In this document: in pieces, positions 48,180 to 59,900 of the stretch
Numbering within the stretch: position 1 is the first letter of the stretch
How the letters are laid out: every line of letters begins with the position of its first letter
Made by a program: the position numbers and the translations under genes
The notes under the pieces: generated by a model
Told to the model about the DNA's origin: nothing
Seen by the model: the letters and a program-made list of their open reading frames with translations, nothing else
Databases searched by the model: none
NCBI GenBank assembly: GCA_030704615.1
Contig: CM060734.1
Span: 35,278,001 to 35,342,000 of the forward strand
Origin: Takakia lepidozioides
Lineage: Eukaryota > Plantae > Bryophyta
Direction of reading: 5' to 3'
DNA: 64,000 nt

Positions 48180-50550
48180 TGTAATAAAAGTCTATCATAA
48201 TCATTCCCCTAGTTGGTGGGTTAGGTTCTTTTAACGTGAGATAGCTACAAGATGCGATTAAAGTTGTAGCCTCATTAGATCCTCTACCACCATCTTATGT
48301 TACTCAAACTCAATTGTTAACCTTCTACAATCGTATCCATTATCACTATCCAATGCAACGTGGATATAACCAATCCCCATCATGAACCAGCTTTTCAAGA
48401 GGTGGTGTCAGATACCCCAAGAGCCAATCTTTTGCTCTCACACCACATGGGGTTGTCCCTTCGGTAGACCTACATAATATGCACCGGCACAAAAGCTGCA
48501 GATACCACTGCTAGATTTGAATCAATCTTACCATCGACATTGTGAGGTAACATGACGCGCAATTACACACAAGGTCATTCCAAGTTATGTGCCTATCTCG
48601 ACCCGTCAAGATCATAACTCATAATGACAATACCTCTCTATAAACCCTCAGAATAATACGTCCTTCATCGACATCCGCTAGGATCGTAGGAACTATCTGC
48701 TGTAAATAAACATAGTGATTATGGTGAAACCTCTGAACCTCGAGACGACAGTCTCCAACACGTATAATGACATACCTCTACATAGTACAGTGCTATATGT
48801 TGGCAAAGTTTTCGAAAACCATAGAAACATACAATTTTCTTGATTACGCGTATGTACCCATATGTCCAGATTGTTAAGGTTGAGGACTGTAACAATGTTT
48901 CTACGAATGGCTACAGACAAATCAGGCTCTTGACTGAATAGAAATAAATATGGTGAGAATAAGGTAAGAAACGTTTGCTGAACCTATAAGCCATAGCCAA
49001 CGTCAGCTAAAGGTCCCAAGGTCTCAAATGTCCCTTCTCCAAGCCATACTTCCGCAAATCCATCTTAACTGTTTGCACGAGCCATCTGTGTCAAGCCATC
49101 GATCTTATGATAATCTTGCGAAGTGGCTCTTACGTGCTCTTATAAGAACATCAACATGCTTGAGCTCGAAAGGCTCCGGTAACGCCAAAGATAAAGTAAT
49201 ATATTCATGCCCTGTTTGGATCCTGTGGCGGGGCAGCCCAATGTGCGCATGCTCCTAATTTGCCTATGCTATCCCCCTCTATGTTATTCCCAACCCCGTC
49301 CCTCGTTGGTGTTCCCATACTGGACGTCGTCTCGCGGTCGTTGCTAAGCTGCTGGCGGGAAGCACCGATGCGTTCTCTGACGCAGCCTTGGTCACGTTGG
49401 TTCGATTTCAGGAGCATGTTTAGATCAGTGTACACTACGCTTAGGTTAAAGGTTCCAAATGACATAAAGTGCCCACCTTTTACGTGATATAAAATTCAGA
49501 GGCAAAGATGTGGACGTTTCCCCCCCAGTTCAAATCTGTATCTCACCCAATTTCATTGACGGGTTGGATTCAGTCTAGTCTAACAACCTTAATGTCCCAA
49601 TTATTGCCATACACAAGTGCCTCAAAAAATTCCATCTCACCGCCATCGTATCATTTATAGTTCTTTTCATCAACAAATGAAAAGTAGAAAAATTTGCTCC
49701 TCAGTTGCCTAAATAGGCGTTGCTGCGTATGTCTTGTATGTAGGATCCAGTATTGGTCAAGAGTGTAGCTCGCACAAGAAGGGCCCCACAATTCATACCC
49801 GCGGCCATATGACTTGGACATCTCGTTCTTCAGCAAGGTTCAATGGCAGAGCGTACCATTATTGTTTTTTCAAGTGCCTTAATTATCTATAAATTGCCTA
49901 AATATCCGGACTCTGGGAAACTCAAGAAGACGCAAGATGTCACAAAACAAGATTATATGAATATTCAAAAAGATTAATTTTCTAGTGTATGTAGGATCCA
50001 TTGGTCAAGAGTGTAGCTCACACAAAAAGGGCTCCACAATACATACCCATGGCCATATGACTTGGGGATCTCATTCTTTAGCAAGATCCAATGGCATAAC
50101 ATACCCTCACTGTTTTTTCAAGTGCCTCAACTTCCTACAAATTGCTTAAATGTCACACTTTGGGGAAACTCCAGATGAGGCACACCCTCGAAAGATAGCC
50201 GTAGCTGTAAGACAAAATGGCCCTTAATTACGCCGGCTTTGGTCAACGTCTTTTATTTCTTTCTCTCTTCAATGAAGTGGTGCGGTGGTCTATATTCAAA
50301 GCTTAATCACACAACGCCCAACCCATTAACTCTTGCGTCTGGTCTTGAGTACCTCAGTTGGACCGCCGAATTGACTCAATACATGATCTAGAACTGCGTA
50401 TGCAGCTTCTTCATTAGTCTCATCATACAGTAGAAGAAGCTCAATCCACTTGGAGAAATGTTCCATCGTCAACAACATTTGCTTGTTGTGGAAGATTGTC
50501 AGCGGCAATGACCTTTCAAAATCAAAGCTCTATTGGTTGCCCAATCCCAT
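48180..50550 (-). mobile_element. Old degenerate relative of element 20625-32613 (integrase, PHD and PPT region), interrupted
   Basis: Colinear nucleotide similarity to ~21120-22465; MEHFSKWIEL...AAYA.LD.VLS.FG.P.EVL at 50326-50508. Confidence 0.85.
49127..50273 (+). mobile_element. Insertion, likely a 5'-truncated non-LTR retroelement with a pyrimidine-rich tail
   Basis: 7-bp duplication GAAGTGG (49120-49126 and 50274-50280) inside the old integrase; internal ~250-bp duplication; 3' end related to 51760-51838. Confidence 0.6.
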
Positions 50551-50964
50551 GTTTCTGTCCTTACTTTGAGCGATGTTTGAAAGGGGGGATATTAGCATTT
50601 ATACTTCAATCCTTAAATACTTGACTAAACTTCAAACAGCGAAGACATTTTGCTAAGATCTTTCAAATGTACTTATTGTGGACGCCTTGACAAATGAGAA
50701 TTGTTTTTCCTAAAATGTCTACATATTTGTCAAATGGAATTGGGAAGATCCCAAATGTTAATAATTTCCTATAAATTTTCAAAAACAAATGTGGCCTCTT
50801 GATTCACTCCAAGCATTGAGCTTGATTCAAGCTGAAGGTGGGAGTTAATTGGTCTTTAGAAGGGAAAAAATGACCAAATAGTTCTTATGAATGCTAGCGA
50901 ATAAGGCTTATCAATGTTGTCTTGGCCCTCTGCAAAAATATGGAGAAATTATCTTCCTCAAATC

Positions 50965-52205
50965 TAAATAAGGGGCCAGGTTTGAAAGGGGGTGTGGGGA
51001 TTAGAGAGTGGTCCATGAATTATGAAGCAGAAGTTATAGTAAGCTACAACAAGAGTTCAATTAATCACTGTCATGTAAGGGGAGGAGAAAAAAAAAGGCA
51101 GGCAGGTATGATCTGTTAAATAGGGGATGGTCCATGGTTAGATTGGGGTAAGGAGGCGTGGTGGTTTCTAGGAGTGACGTGTGTTAGGGCAGCCTTCTAG
51201 AAGGTCCCACGGCTTGAGGGGTCTGCGGCCTTCTAGAAAGGTCCCACCGCCCCCCCAGGGTATATAAAGAGAGTCGGGCTGTCTTCCCCTGCATCTTACT
51301 ATCTATTCTTATTACTTATTACTTACTAGTACCTAGGGGGCTCTGCACACGCAAGGCCCCAAAGAAAAATACAAACCATGACATAATAAATTAATAGAAG
51401 TAGAGGTAATGATGAATAAGGGGGCCAGGTTTGAAAGGGGGTGTGGGGATTAAAGATTGGTCTAGGAGTTATGAAGCGGGAGTTATAGTAAGCTACAGCA
51501 GGAGTTCAATTAATAACTATCATGTAAGGGGGGGAAGAAAAGGCATGAAGGTAAGACCTATTAAATAGGGGATGGTTCAGTTAGATTGGGGTAAGCAAAC
51601 ATGGTGGTTTCTAGGAGTGACGTGTGTTAGGGCAGCCTTCTAGAAGGTCCCACCCCTTGAGGGGTGTGCGGCTTTGTAGAAGGGTCCCACCGCCCCCTAG
51701 GGTATATAAGAGAGCGGGGCTCTCTTCCCCTACATTTTAATATCTATTCTTACTACTTAGAGAGAGAGAGAAGACTCCAGCCGAAGCCGGCGTAACTAAG
51801 AGCCACTTCACCTTTCGGCTACTGCCCCCTTTGGAGGGTTCTTACTACTTACTAGTACCTAGGGGGCTCTGCACAGGCAGGGCCCCAAAAACAAATGCAC
51901 ACCATGACATAATAAATTAATAGACGTAAGGTATGATGAATATGTAGAGCAGTTTCATTCGGGCCTGATTCTAGAGTGGTCCATGAATTACTGTGGCCGA
52001 GGAATTAGAGTGGGGCGCCTATGTAGGAAGGCCACGTGTATTAAGGAATGAGATGAGGGGGTCCAAAAAAAGAAGGGAAGAATTGGCTAAATTTAGAATA
52101 GGGAGTCTTGTAGGGTTGACATGTGTCCAGGGCCTTCTAGAAGGGTCCAGGTCGGTGGGCTTCTAGAAGTGTCCCACCGCCCCGAGAGGCTATATAAGGG
52201 CCCTG
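50965..52205 (-). mobile_element. Tandem array of ~450-bp Helitron-like units
   Basis: Units carry a GC-rich 10-bp-stem hairpin ~7 nt before CTAG|T on the minus strand (CTAG at 51326 and 51852) and TC..TATATA-like starts. Confidence 0.6.
51760..51838 (-). mobile_element. 79-bp retroposed fragment with (TC)n tail
   Basis: 13-bp TSD TTCTTACTACTTA; absent from the neighbouring tandem unit. Confidence 0.7.
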
Positions 52206-52645
52206 AATAAAATTGTTATAAGCATCGCTTGCTTGCTCTCAGTGGATGAGAAACTTTTTCTCTAGCTTCCCCTTTATAAATGGAAGAGTTGGGCCAGGCC
52301 GCATGTGGAAACCTTGGCGCCTTCGAAAACTCACACTTAGTATGTTGAGTTTTTTAAAGCTCTTTGGCTTAAGATCATCTTGTCCGAAATTGACATGTAT
52401 TTTTGACTTGGTCATTGCCTACCGTTTCTCGAGTCTCCCTACTACTCCTTCCTCTTTGGTTTCCTTTCTGTCATCTTCGGACATTATAAAGGACCTTTTC
52501 GTTTCATCTCTTATTGGACGTATTGTTTCTTCTCTCTAGGCTTTGCTGTCTGCTTGTGCCTTGGGGCTGTTTTCTTTTGCCGTCTCTTGGAGATGGGCTT
52601 TGGCTATCCTCTTTATCAGCCTCACGGCCTTATGGTGGTTATTTC

Positions 52646-53403
52646 CAGTGTTGGACCGGTATCATCAACATTTCATACCAGCCAGGGTATGGTATTGTCA
52701 GTGAAGATGCCTCCTTCATACCTGGCAGATAATGGTATCAAAGTAGGTATTAAGCTTTTAATGTACCAGTCTGGTATGTATATTGTTTTTGTTTGGTCTG
52801 GTATGGTATGGTATCAATATTTCAAATTTCAAATCTTATACTGGGGGTATATCATTACTGGTATCAATACTATTATTTATTTATTTTTATTTATTTTTAA
52901 ACTGAAAAATAAAAATCTGTCCAAATTATACCGCTGAAGTGATCACCTCATGGGCTGAAGCGCTCACCTCAGCGGCTGAGTGTCGCAATTCATAATACCT
53001 TAGATAATTTGAGGTCACCTTACAAGACCCATATTACAGGCTGATAAATGAGACAATGCTCCAAGCCTAAGCAGATTTTCGCCAAAAGCGCCATTCAGAT
53101 CGTCTCAATCAAAGAGCCGCAACACTCCATGCTTGCACCCTAAAACCCTAACGCTCCACATATTGATACCTAGGGTGCAAGCGATGGCGGTAGACATAGT
53201 AACTGGTATCGACAAAGCTGCATTCCTTGCGATACCAGGCTGGTCCGGTAGGAGCCCAGGTATTAGCGTTTCACTATATTGCCCCCAATATGTTCTGCCC
53301 GGGGTATTGTCAGTTGCTTATACCTGCCTGGTCTGGTACCCTGCCGCGATACCCTTACCCGTGCCCATACCCCGCCTCACCCCCATATACCGGTCCAACA
53401 CTG
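52646..53403. mobile_element. hAT-family MITE
   Basis: Perfect 17-bp TIR CAGTGTTGGACCGGTAT; 8-bp TSD GTTATTTC / GTTATTTG. Confidence 0.88.
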
Positions 53404-55588
53404 GTTATTTGGAGTACCATTTGTCCCCTCAAAGAAAAAAGAGTAGCAGCTAAAATGATTTTGACTGCTGGTTTCAGGTCTCAGTCTCTCTGTGTCTAAA
53501 GTGGGCCCTTAAGACAGGTGGGCACTGCCAACGGCCATTTTTGAGCCAGGTTGAAAGTGAAAGCCACAGAGGGGGTCCATCTCCTGATCTGTTCATGGGC
53601 AGGAGTAATGGCAGGGACTGCACTGTTATTCATGTGGCGGTACACTTTGTGGGCCTTTCGGAGTGACTGCCGTCTTCTCACTGTAGCTTGAGGATCAGTT
53701 TTATAGTTTTTTTTTTCCCAGTGGTACATGCAGTGCTGTTTTCTTGTGTGGAGATGACGGGCACTGACGTTGGAGGTTTGGTTGGCCAGCGAAAAAGGTG
53801 CCTGGCTTGGTGCCTGTTCTCCCAGCAGAGTTTTTGCAAGCTTGACTCGACAGAGGGCCACTTTCAAGCTCTTTTAGGACCTTAGATCCTCCCTGGGTCC
53901 TGCTTGGTTGCATGTTCCCTGTATCATTTGTGTACAGGTCACGATGAAGTCTTGTTGCACACTGAAAGAGGTGGTCCTTATGTCCATTTGAAGCCATAGC
54001 CCGTGCGCTAGTGCGTGGTATCTTCCCTTCAGCTTTGTGTAGTAGGCTCAGTGCTTCAATGGCAGCTGGTAGCTGCAGGGTTCAAAGAAAGTTGCAATGG
54101 AAAGCCTGTTAAACTTAAATTGCAGGTCTGCTGCATTGCAAGGGTTGGCAGCGATTCACTGCTAACAACTTCGCGCTTTACATAATTTTCATTGCAAAGA
54201 AATATTTAGATGACCGAGACTTCGAGGCAACGAGATGCAGTAGATACTCTATAACCTAAAGTATAAGATGCACGCTGGGAAGAGAAAGTTTTCGTAGTTT
54301 TCATGTTCATGGAAGAGTGATTTCTGGTGAGCTAGTTGCGCAAGGAGGTTGGCTTCTAGGATCGTGCCAGGGAAGGGGCAGGGAACATGGAGGAGGTCCA
54401 GAGGGTTAGTGTACAGGCCACTTCCTTCAAAAGTGAAAGTAGTGGCTGAAGAGAAGGAATGGAAGTTTACGACGTCCAGGAGAAGCTCAAAGTGCTTTTC
54501 GGACAAAAGAAAGCACGATAGAAGAAATAAAGTAGAGAAGAAGAAGAAACGAGAACCCACCCAGTGCTTTGCGGAATTGCTTTGAAGCAACCAAGGAGAG
54601 GTGAATGTCGTGCTATGGTTCATCCTTGCCCTCTTCCCCTACTTATACTTTCACCGATTGTGCGTCTCAGATGCTCAAGTGATGATGCCTGCTCGGATGC
54701 ATTCAAACCAGCTTCTATAAATCACAGAGAAAAATGTGCCAATTTCCTTTGTACCCCAAATTGGCGGTCACTATACTTGATGCTAGATCTAAGCATTTCA
54801 TACTCTTTTTCTTGCAAGAGACCTGGAAGAGATTGGGAAGATATGGAGCATCCTCAAGTCACTTAAGTAATAACTCATGCCTACCGAGCACTCCAAACAG
54901 CCAATGTGAGATGCTAAAATACTTGGAACTTACTGGGCCATAAGATTTGGGAGTGCACTTTGCATTCGTTTACTCAAATGGTTGATCGTTCAGGTTGAAT
55001 ACCCAAAAGAGCAAAAATAGGTTTCAAAGATGTTCTCTAATCATACTTGGACTTCAAGGAGTGCAATCTTGTTATCGTCTCCCCCTTGCAGATTGCAAGC
55101 ATCGCCTTGTGCTGCAGGTCCCACTTGGTGCGCACCTATCAAAAAAGTATGAGTACTCTGCTACAACCTGTATAGAACAATGCGATGAGCGCACAGCGCA
55201 ATCAAGCAACCGCTTCGAAGATTAACTTCGAATTCCAGCATTGATCTTCATTTGAGCGCTTTGACTCTTGTATTCGGTAGAGGACTCAGGAGTGTCAAAA
55301 CTCACCAGACTCAAAAGAGTGGCCAACTCCCAGAAAAGAGTCGGAGTCCTGCAGCACCGAACTGGATGAAAAAGTGAACACCTACACAGGGATTTGGGTA
55401 GTCAGGTAAGGGCCTGATGCTGCCCCCAATCTGCGATTGCACTTGCACTCACACAGCGCTTGAGAGAGATATAGCTTATTTTACGGCAAGGGTAGATTAG
55501 CCATCCCGAATAAGTGTTGCGAAAGATCTGTGTTTCACAACCAGCGCTTCTCCACTGAAGTTGGGAGTTAGAAGCTACAAAAGGTCGC

Positions 55589-56184
55589 ATGCTGCTGTAC
55601 GCAAGTCAAGTTATGAGCCAAGAACGATTCTGGCAGGAGTACTTCACAGCCCCTCTCGAGTGGTTGGACAACAGGCCGTTTGATGAGGTGAGGCTATTGT
55701 CACTTAGTATTTGAAAGAATTAGTCAACGATGGCTCGTGACTGAAGCTGGCAAGTCCTGTCTATTAGCCCCTTATATTCATGAGTACAATCTTGCTCTTT
55801 GTGGTGAAGGAAAACCCAATTTGGCTGTAATGATTGCCATCAGGAAGTTGGTCTCTAGTTGGTTGTTCAAGATTGTTCCACGCTATTTTGTTAACAGCTT
55901 TGGGGGTTGTAGGTTGGTCTGTGCGAGAGAGTGTTTTGAAGTTAAGGCTGCCTCATTACCGACTGGTGGTTTGCACAGAGAAGTCCAAGATCATCAGCCT
56001 TCAAACACATGGGCTCAGAGAGGGTCCTCTGGATGGAGGATTATTTGAATGCTCCTCAAATTAAAGGAAAGCTAGCTACTATGACCCAAGCTCAAGTGCA
56101 GGCTGGTGATGGTTTTAATGTTGTTGATGTACAGCATGGGTCTCCAGGCCGATTCAGAAGTTCCAATTCAAAGATAACAAAGTG
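55589..56184 (+). CDS. Predicted upstream exons (55589-55687, 55979-56184) of the PPR gene, encoding an OSB-type PDF-like motif
   Basis: FWQEYFTAPLEWLDNR|RSPRSSAFKHMGSERVLWM; both introns are GT-AG and in phase; splices TG|G into the PPR frame at 56335. Confidence 0.65.
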
Positions 56185-56335
56185 GTACTGTTTTGCTCTC
56201 AAAGTTGATGCCTGCAGTGCTCTACAACCCTGTTAATCCGCGCTGACATGCCTGTCCTCTTGGAGAGACCTTTCTCGACTTTCAGATATGTATCTTAATG
56301 TATCTGGAATTGCTGGTAACTAGAAGTCATGCAGG

Positions 56336-59059
56336 ATGGCAGCGTTAAATCAGACAATTTTTTTTGAGTCAGGCACTTCCACAATGACTGCTTCCGGAAA
56401 AAGAGCAAGAGAGGGATTCAACAAGAGCTCTTCTGTCACTTGTGGGGATGTGATGGGACTATGTAAGCCAGGGAAACTGAAAGAGGCGCTGCATATTTTG
56501 AACCGACGAGGTATTTTGGCAGACTCCAATGCTTATGTTGGTCTCTTGCAGGAGTGCAGCAAAATTAAGAACCTGCAAATGGGAAAGCAGGTGCATGCCC
56601 ACATCATCCAAAGTGGATTCCAGCCAAACCTCTTTCTCCTGAACACCCTTGTCAACATGTATGCCAAGTGTGGGAGTGTGGTGGATGCACGCCAAGTATT
56701 TGACAAAATGCCTGTGCGGGGTGTGTTTACATACACAATAATGATAGCAGGATATGTGAAGCATGGGTGTGGCAGGGAGGCTTTAGAAATCTATCAGCAA
56801 ATGATACGGGAAGGGGTGACGCCCAACAATGTCACATTCATTTGCGTACTCAAGGCGTGCTCCAGCCTAGGAGCCTTGGAGAAGGGCAAGGAGGTCCATG
56901 GTTACCTCATCAAAGCTGGAATTGCCTCAGATGTCATTCTCGAGACTGTCCTTGTTGACCTATATGCAAAATGCGGGAGTGTGAAGTATGCACGGGAAGT
57001 GTTTGACAATATGGCTAAACGAGACACGGTCTCATGGAATGCCATGATTGCAGGATATGTGCAGCATAAAAGTGGTAGGGAGGCTGTCAAGCTGTATGAG
57101 CAAATGCAAGGGGAAGGTGTGATGCCCAACAGGGTCACATTCATTTCTGTTCTTCAAGCATGTGCCAACCTAGGATCTCTGGAAAAGGGCAAAAAGGTCC
57201 ATACTGACATAGTGAAAGCTGGAATTCCACAAGATATCATTATGGAGACTGCCCTTGCTGACATGTATGCCAAATGCGGGAGCGTAAAGGATGCACGTCA
57301 AGTGTTTAACAATATAACTAAACAAGATGTTGTCTCGTGGAGTACGATGATCACCGGGTATGCTCAGCATGGGTTTGGTAGGGAGGCTTTGGAGATGTAC
57401 AGGCAGATGATACAGGAAGGGTTGACGCCTGACAAGGTCACGTACATATGCATTCTCAATGCGTGTGCCCGTATAGGAGACCTGGAAAAGGGCAAAGAGG
57501 TCCATGCTGACATTGTCAAAGCTCTAGTTCCATCATATACAAATTTGGACAATACCCTTGTAGACATGTATGCCAAATGCGGGAGCATGAAGGATGCACA
57601 TGGAGTGTTCGACAATATGGCTCAATGTGATGTGGTCTCATGGAACGCCATGATAGCAGGATATGCTCAGCATGGATTTGGTAAGGAGGCTTTCGAGATG
57701 TATGAACAAATGATACAGGAAGGACTGACACCTGACAAGGTTACATTCATATCCATTCTCACTGCCTGTGCCAGCTTAGGAGCACTGGAAAAGGGTAAAG
57801 AGGTCCACACAGACATCATCAAAGCTGGAATTGCATCATACGTAAATTTGGAGAATACCCTTGTCGATATGTATGCAAAATGCGGGAGCATGAAGGATGC
57901 ATGCCAAGTATTTGACAATATGGCTGAACGGAATGTGGTCTCATGGAATGCCATGATCACAGGATATACTCAGCATGGGTGTGGTAAGGAGGCTCTTGAC
58001 ACCTATGAGAAAATGCAATTGGAAAGGGTGATACCTGACAGGATCACGTTTATTTCTGTTCTCAATGCGTGTGCAAGTCTAGGATCCTTGGAAAAGGGCA
58101 AAGAGGCCCATGCTGACATGATCAAAGCTGAAATTGAGCCAGATATCATTCTGCAGACATCCCTTGCTGACATGTATGCCAAAGCTGGGAGCATGAAGGA
58201 TGCGTGTCGAGTGTTTGACAATATGGCTCAACGAAATGTGGTCTCATGGAATGCAATGATCGCAGGATATGCTCAGCATGGCTATGGTGGGGAGGCTTTC
58301 GAGATGTACGAGCAAATGATAAGGGAAGGAGTGACGCCAAATGAGGTCACTTTCACTAGCTCTATCAATGCGTGTGCCATTCTAGGATCCCTGGAAAAGG
58401 GCATGGCAGTCCATTCTGAGATCATCAAAGCTGGAATTGCTCCAGATGTCATCCTGAAGAATACCCTTGTTGACATGTATGCCAAATGTGGAAGTGTGAA
58501 GGAAGCACGGCATGTGTTTGACAAAATGACTAAACGAAATGTTGTCTCATGGAGCGCAATGATTGCAGGATATGCGCAGCATGGTTGTGGTCGGGAGGCC
58601 CTGCAAATCTTTGAACAAATGCAACAGAAAGCCTTGAAACCAGACAGTGTCACCTTTATGGGGCTACTCTCTGCCTGTAGCCATGCTGGCCTTGTGGATG
58701 AAGGCTGTCACTTCTTTGATTCTATGAGACGAGATCATGGCATCACTCCTACAGTGGAGCATTTTGGCTGCATAGTGGACCTTCTTGGCCGTGCAGGGCG
58801 ATTGGATGAGGCACATTACCTCATTAACAAAATGACAATCAAACCAGGTGTTGCAGTGTGGGGGGCCTTGCTTAGTGCCAGCAGTATTCATGGCAATGTG
58901 GATGTAGCAGAACTTGCAGCAAAACGCCTTCTCAAGCTGGATCCACAGGATGCTGCAACTTATGTGCTGCTATCGAACGTCTATGCTGCTGCTGGCAGGT
59001 GGGAGGATACAGCAAAGGTAAGGAAAATGATGCAGGGTAGAGCTATGAGGAAGGAGTAA
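56336..59059 (+). CDS. PLS-class pentatricopeptide repeat protein with E domain (organellar RNA editing factor type)
   Basis: Repeated LVDMYAKCGS/VVSWNAMIAGY/PDKVTF triplets; EHFGCIVDLLGRAG, WGALLSA, YVLLSNVYAAAGRW. Confidence 0.97.
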   Translation: MAALNQTIFFESGTSTMTASGKRAREGFNKSSSVTCGDVMGLCKPGKLKEALHILNRRGILADSNAYVGLLQECSKIKNLQMGKQVHAHIIQSGFQPNLFLLNTLVNMYAKCGSVVDARQVFDKMPVRGVFTYTIMIAGYVKHGCGREALEIYQQMIREGVTPNNVTFICVLKACSSLGALEKGKEVHGYLIKAGIASDVILETVLVDLYAKCGSVKYAREVFDNMAKRDTVSWNAMIAGYVQHKSGREAVKLYEQMQGEGVMPNRVTFISVLQACANLGSLEKGKKVHTDIVKAGIPQDIIMETALADMYAKCGSVKDARQVFNNITKQDVVSWSTMITGYAQHGFGREALEMYRQMIQEGLTPDKVTYICILNACARIGDLEKGKEVHADIVKALVPSYTNLDNTLVDMYAKCGSMKDAHGVFDNMAQCDVVSWNAMIAGYAQHGFGKEAFEMYEQMIQEGLTPDKVTFISILTACASLGALEKGKEVHTDIIKAGIASYVNLENTLVDMYAKCGSMKDACQVFDNMAERNVVSWNAMITGYTQHGCGKEALDTYEKMQLERVIPDRITFISVLNACASLGSLEKGKEAHADMIKAEIEPDIILQTSLADMYAKAGSMKDACRVFDNMAQRNVVSWNAMIAGYAQHGYGGEAFEMYEQMIREGVTPNEVTFTSSINACAILGSLEKGMAVHSEIIKAGIAPDVILKNTLVDMYAKCGSVKEARHVFDKMTKRNVVSWSAMIAGYAQHGCGREALQIFEQMQQKALKPDSVTFMGLLSACSHAGLVDEGCHFFDSMRRDHGITPTVEHFGCIVDLLGRAGRLDEAHYLINKMTIKPGVAVWGALLSASSIHGNVDVAELAAKRLLKLDPQDAATYVLLSNVYAAAGRWEDTAKVRKMMQGRAMRKE

Positions 59060-59280
59060 GGGTGCAGCTGCATTGCGGACAACCATGTGCATACATTGGA
59101 TTTACAAGACCAATTGCATCCACAAAGTGAGGGAATCAATGCTGAGCTAAAAAGATGGGCGAACAGATGAAGGAGGCCAGGTATGTGCCTAATAGTCCTT
59201 TGTATTGCATGGTGGAGAAGGAACAAAAGAGATTTGAATGCAGTCCTACTCTGAAGACTATGCCAGGCATTTGCACCCCC
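59060..59280 (+). pseudogene. Decayed E+/DYW-start tail of the PPR gene
   Basis: KE*GCSCIADNHVHT...HPQSEGINAELKR, frameshift, QMKEARYVP. Confidence 0.8.
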
Positions 59281-59619
59281 ACCGGTGACTGTTTGCTTCC
59301 TTCCAAAGCGGAGTTGTGTGAAAACATTTGAATGTCATATTCCTCTCCTTCAATATCAAAGAAACACGTCGACAGCTCGGCAATTTGGCTTTGTACATGG
59401 AGCCTAGGGCAGTGGTAATTGTATGAGTGCTTTCCTTGCCTTACTTTGTGACTCCCTTCTTGCTTGCTTGCTCGCAAGTGCATGGCTTGCAGCACCCTTC
59501 TGTGTTTGAAGGGGAATCTCATCTGTCTTATGTGGGGGTGTTGCTTGCTGTCTGCAGAATTCATAGTGATCTGAAGCTATAATGCCTTCTCAAGTTGGAT
59601 CTATGGCATGCTCCCACTT

Positions 59620-59900
59620 AGGTGCTGCTGTTAAATATCTATCCTGCGCTTGGAAGGCTAGACAGTCAAGCAGAAAAGTCAGAAAGGAGCCAGGGTGCAG
59701 CTGGAGAATCGGTGCATACTTTTGTTGTAGAAGATAAATTGCATCTGCACATTAATGAAATCCATGCTGATCTGAAAGAAGGCTGGATTAGTGATGTCAT
59801 GCACTTGGATGCCCATCCTCGGCATCACTAAGTATTGTTTGTGTGGTCACTGGCACACACTGCCACCAAGTTGGCAATGGATGCCAATGGATTCCATCAC
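59620..59900 (+). pseudogene. Second decayed PPR E+/DYW remnant
   Basis: VRKEPGCSW, VHTFVVEDK.H...EIHADL, CGHWHT/ATK, DANGFHH. Confidence 0.7.

Noticed and set aside
53496-55400. Several 70-125-aa ORFs
   Set aside because: No recognisable domains or consistent splice structure
56459-58891. Antisense ORFs over the PPR gene, and similar ones over pol genes
   Set aside because: Shadow frames of repetitive coding sequence
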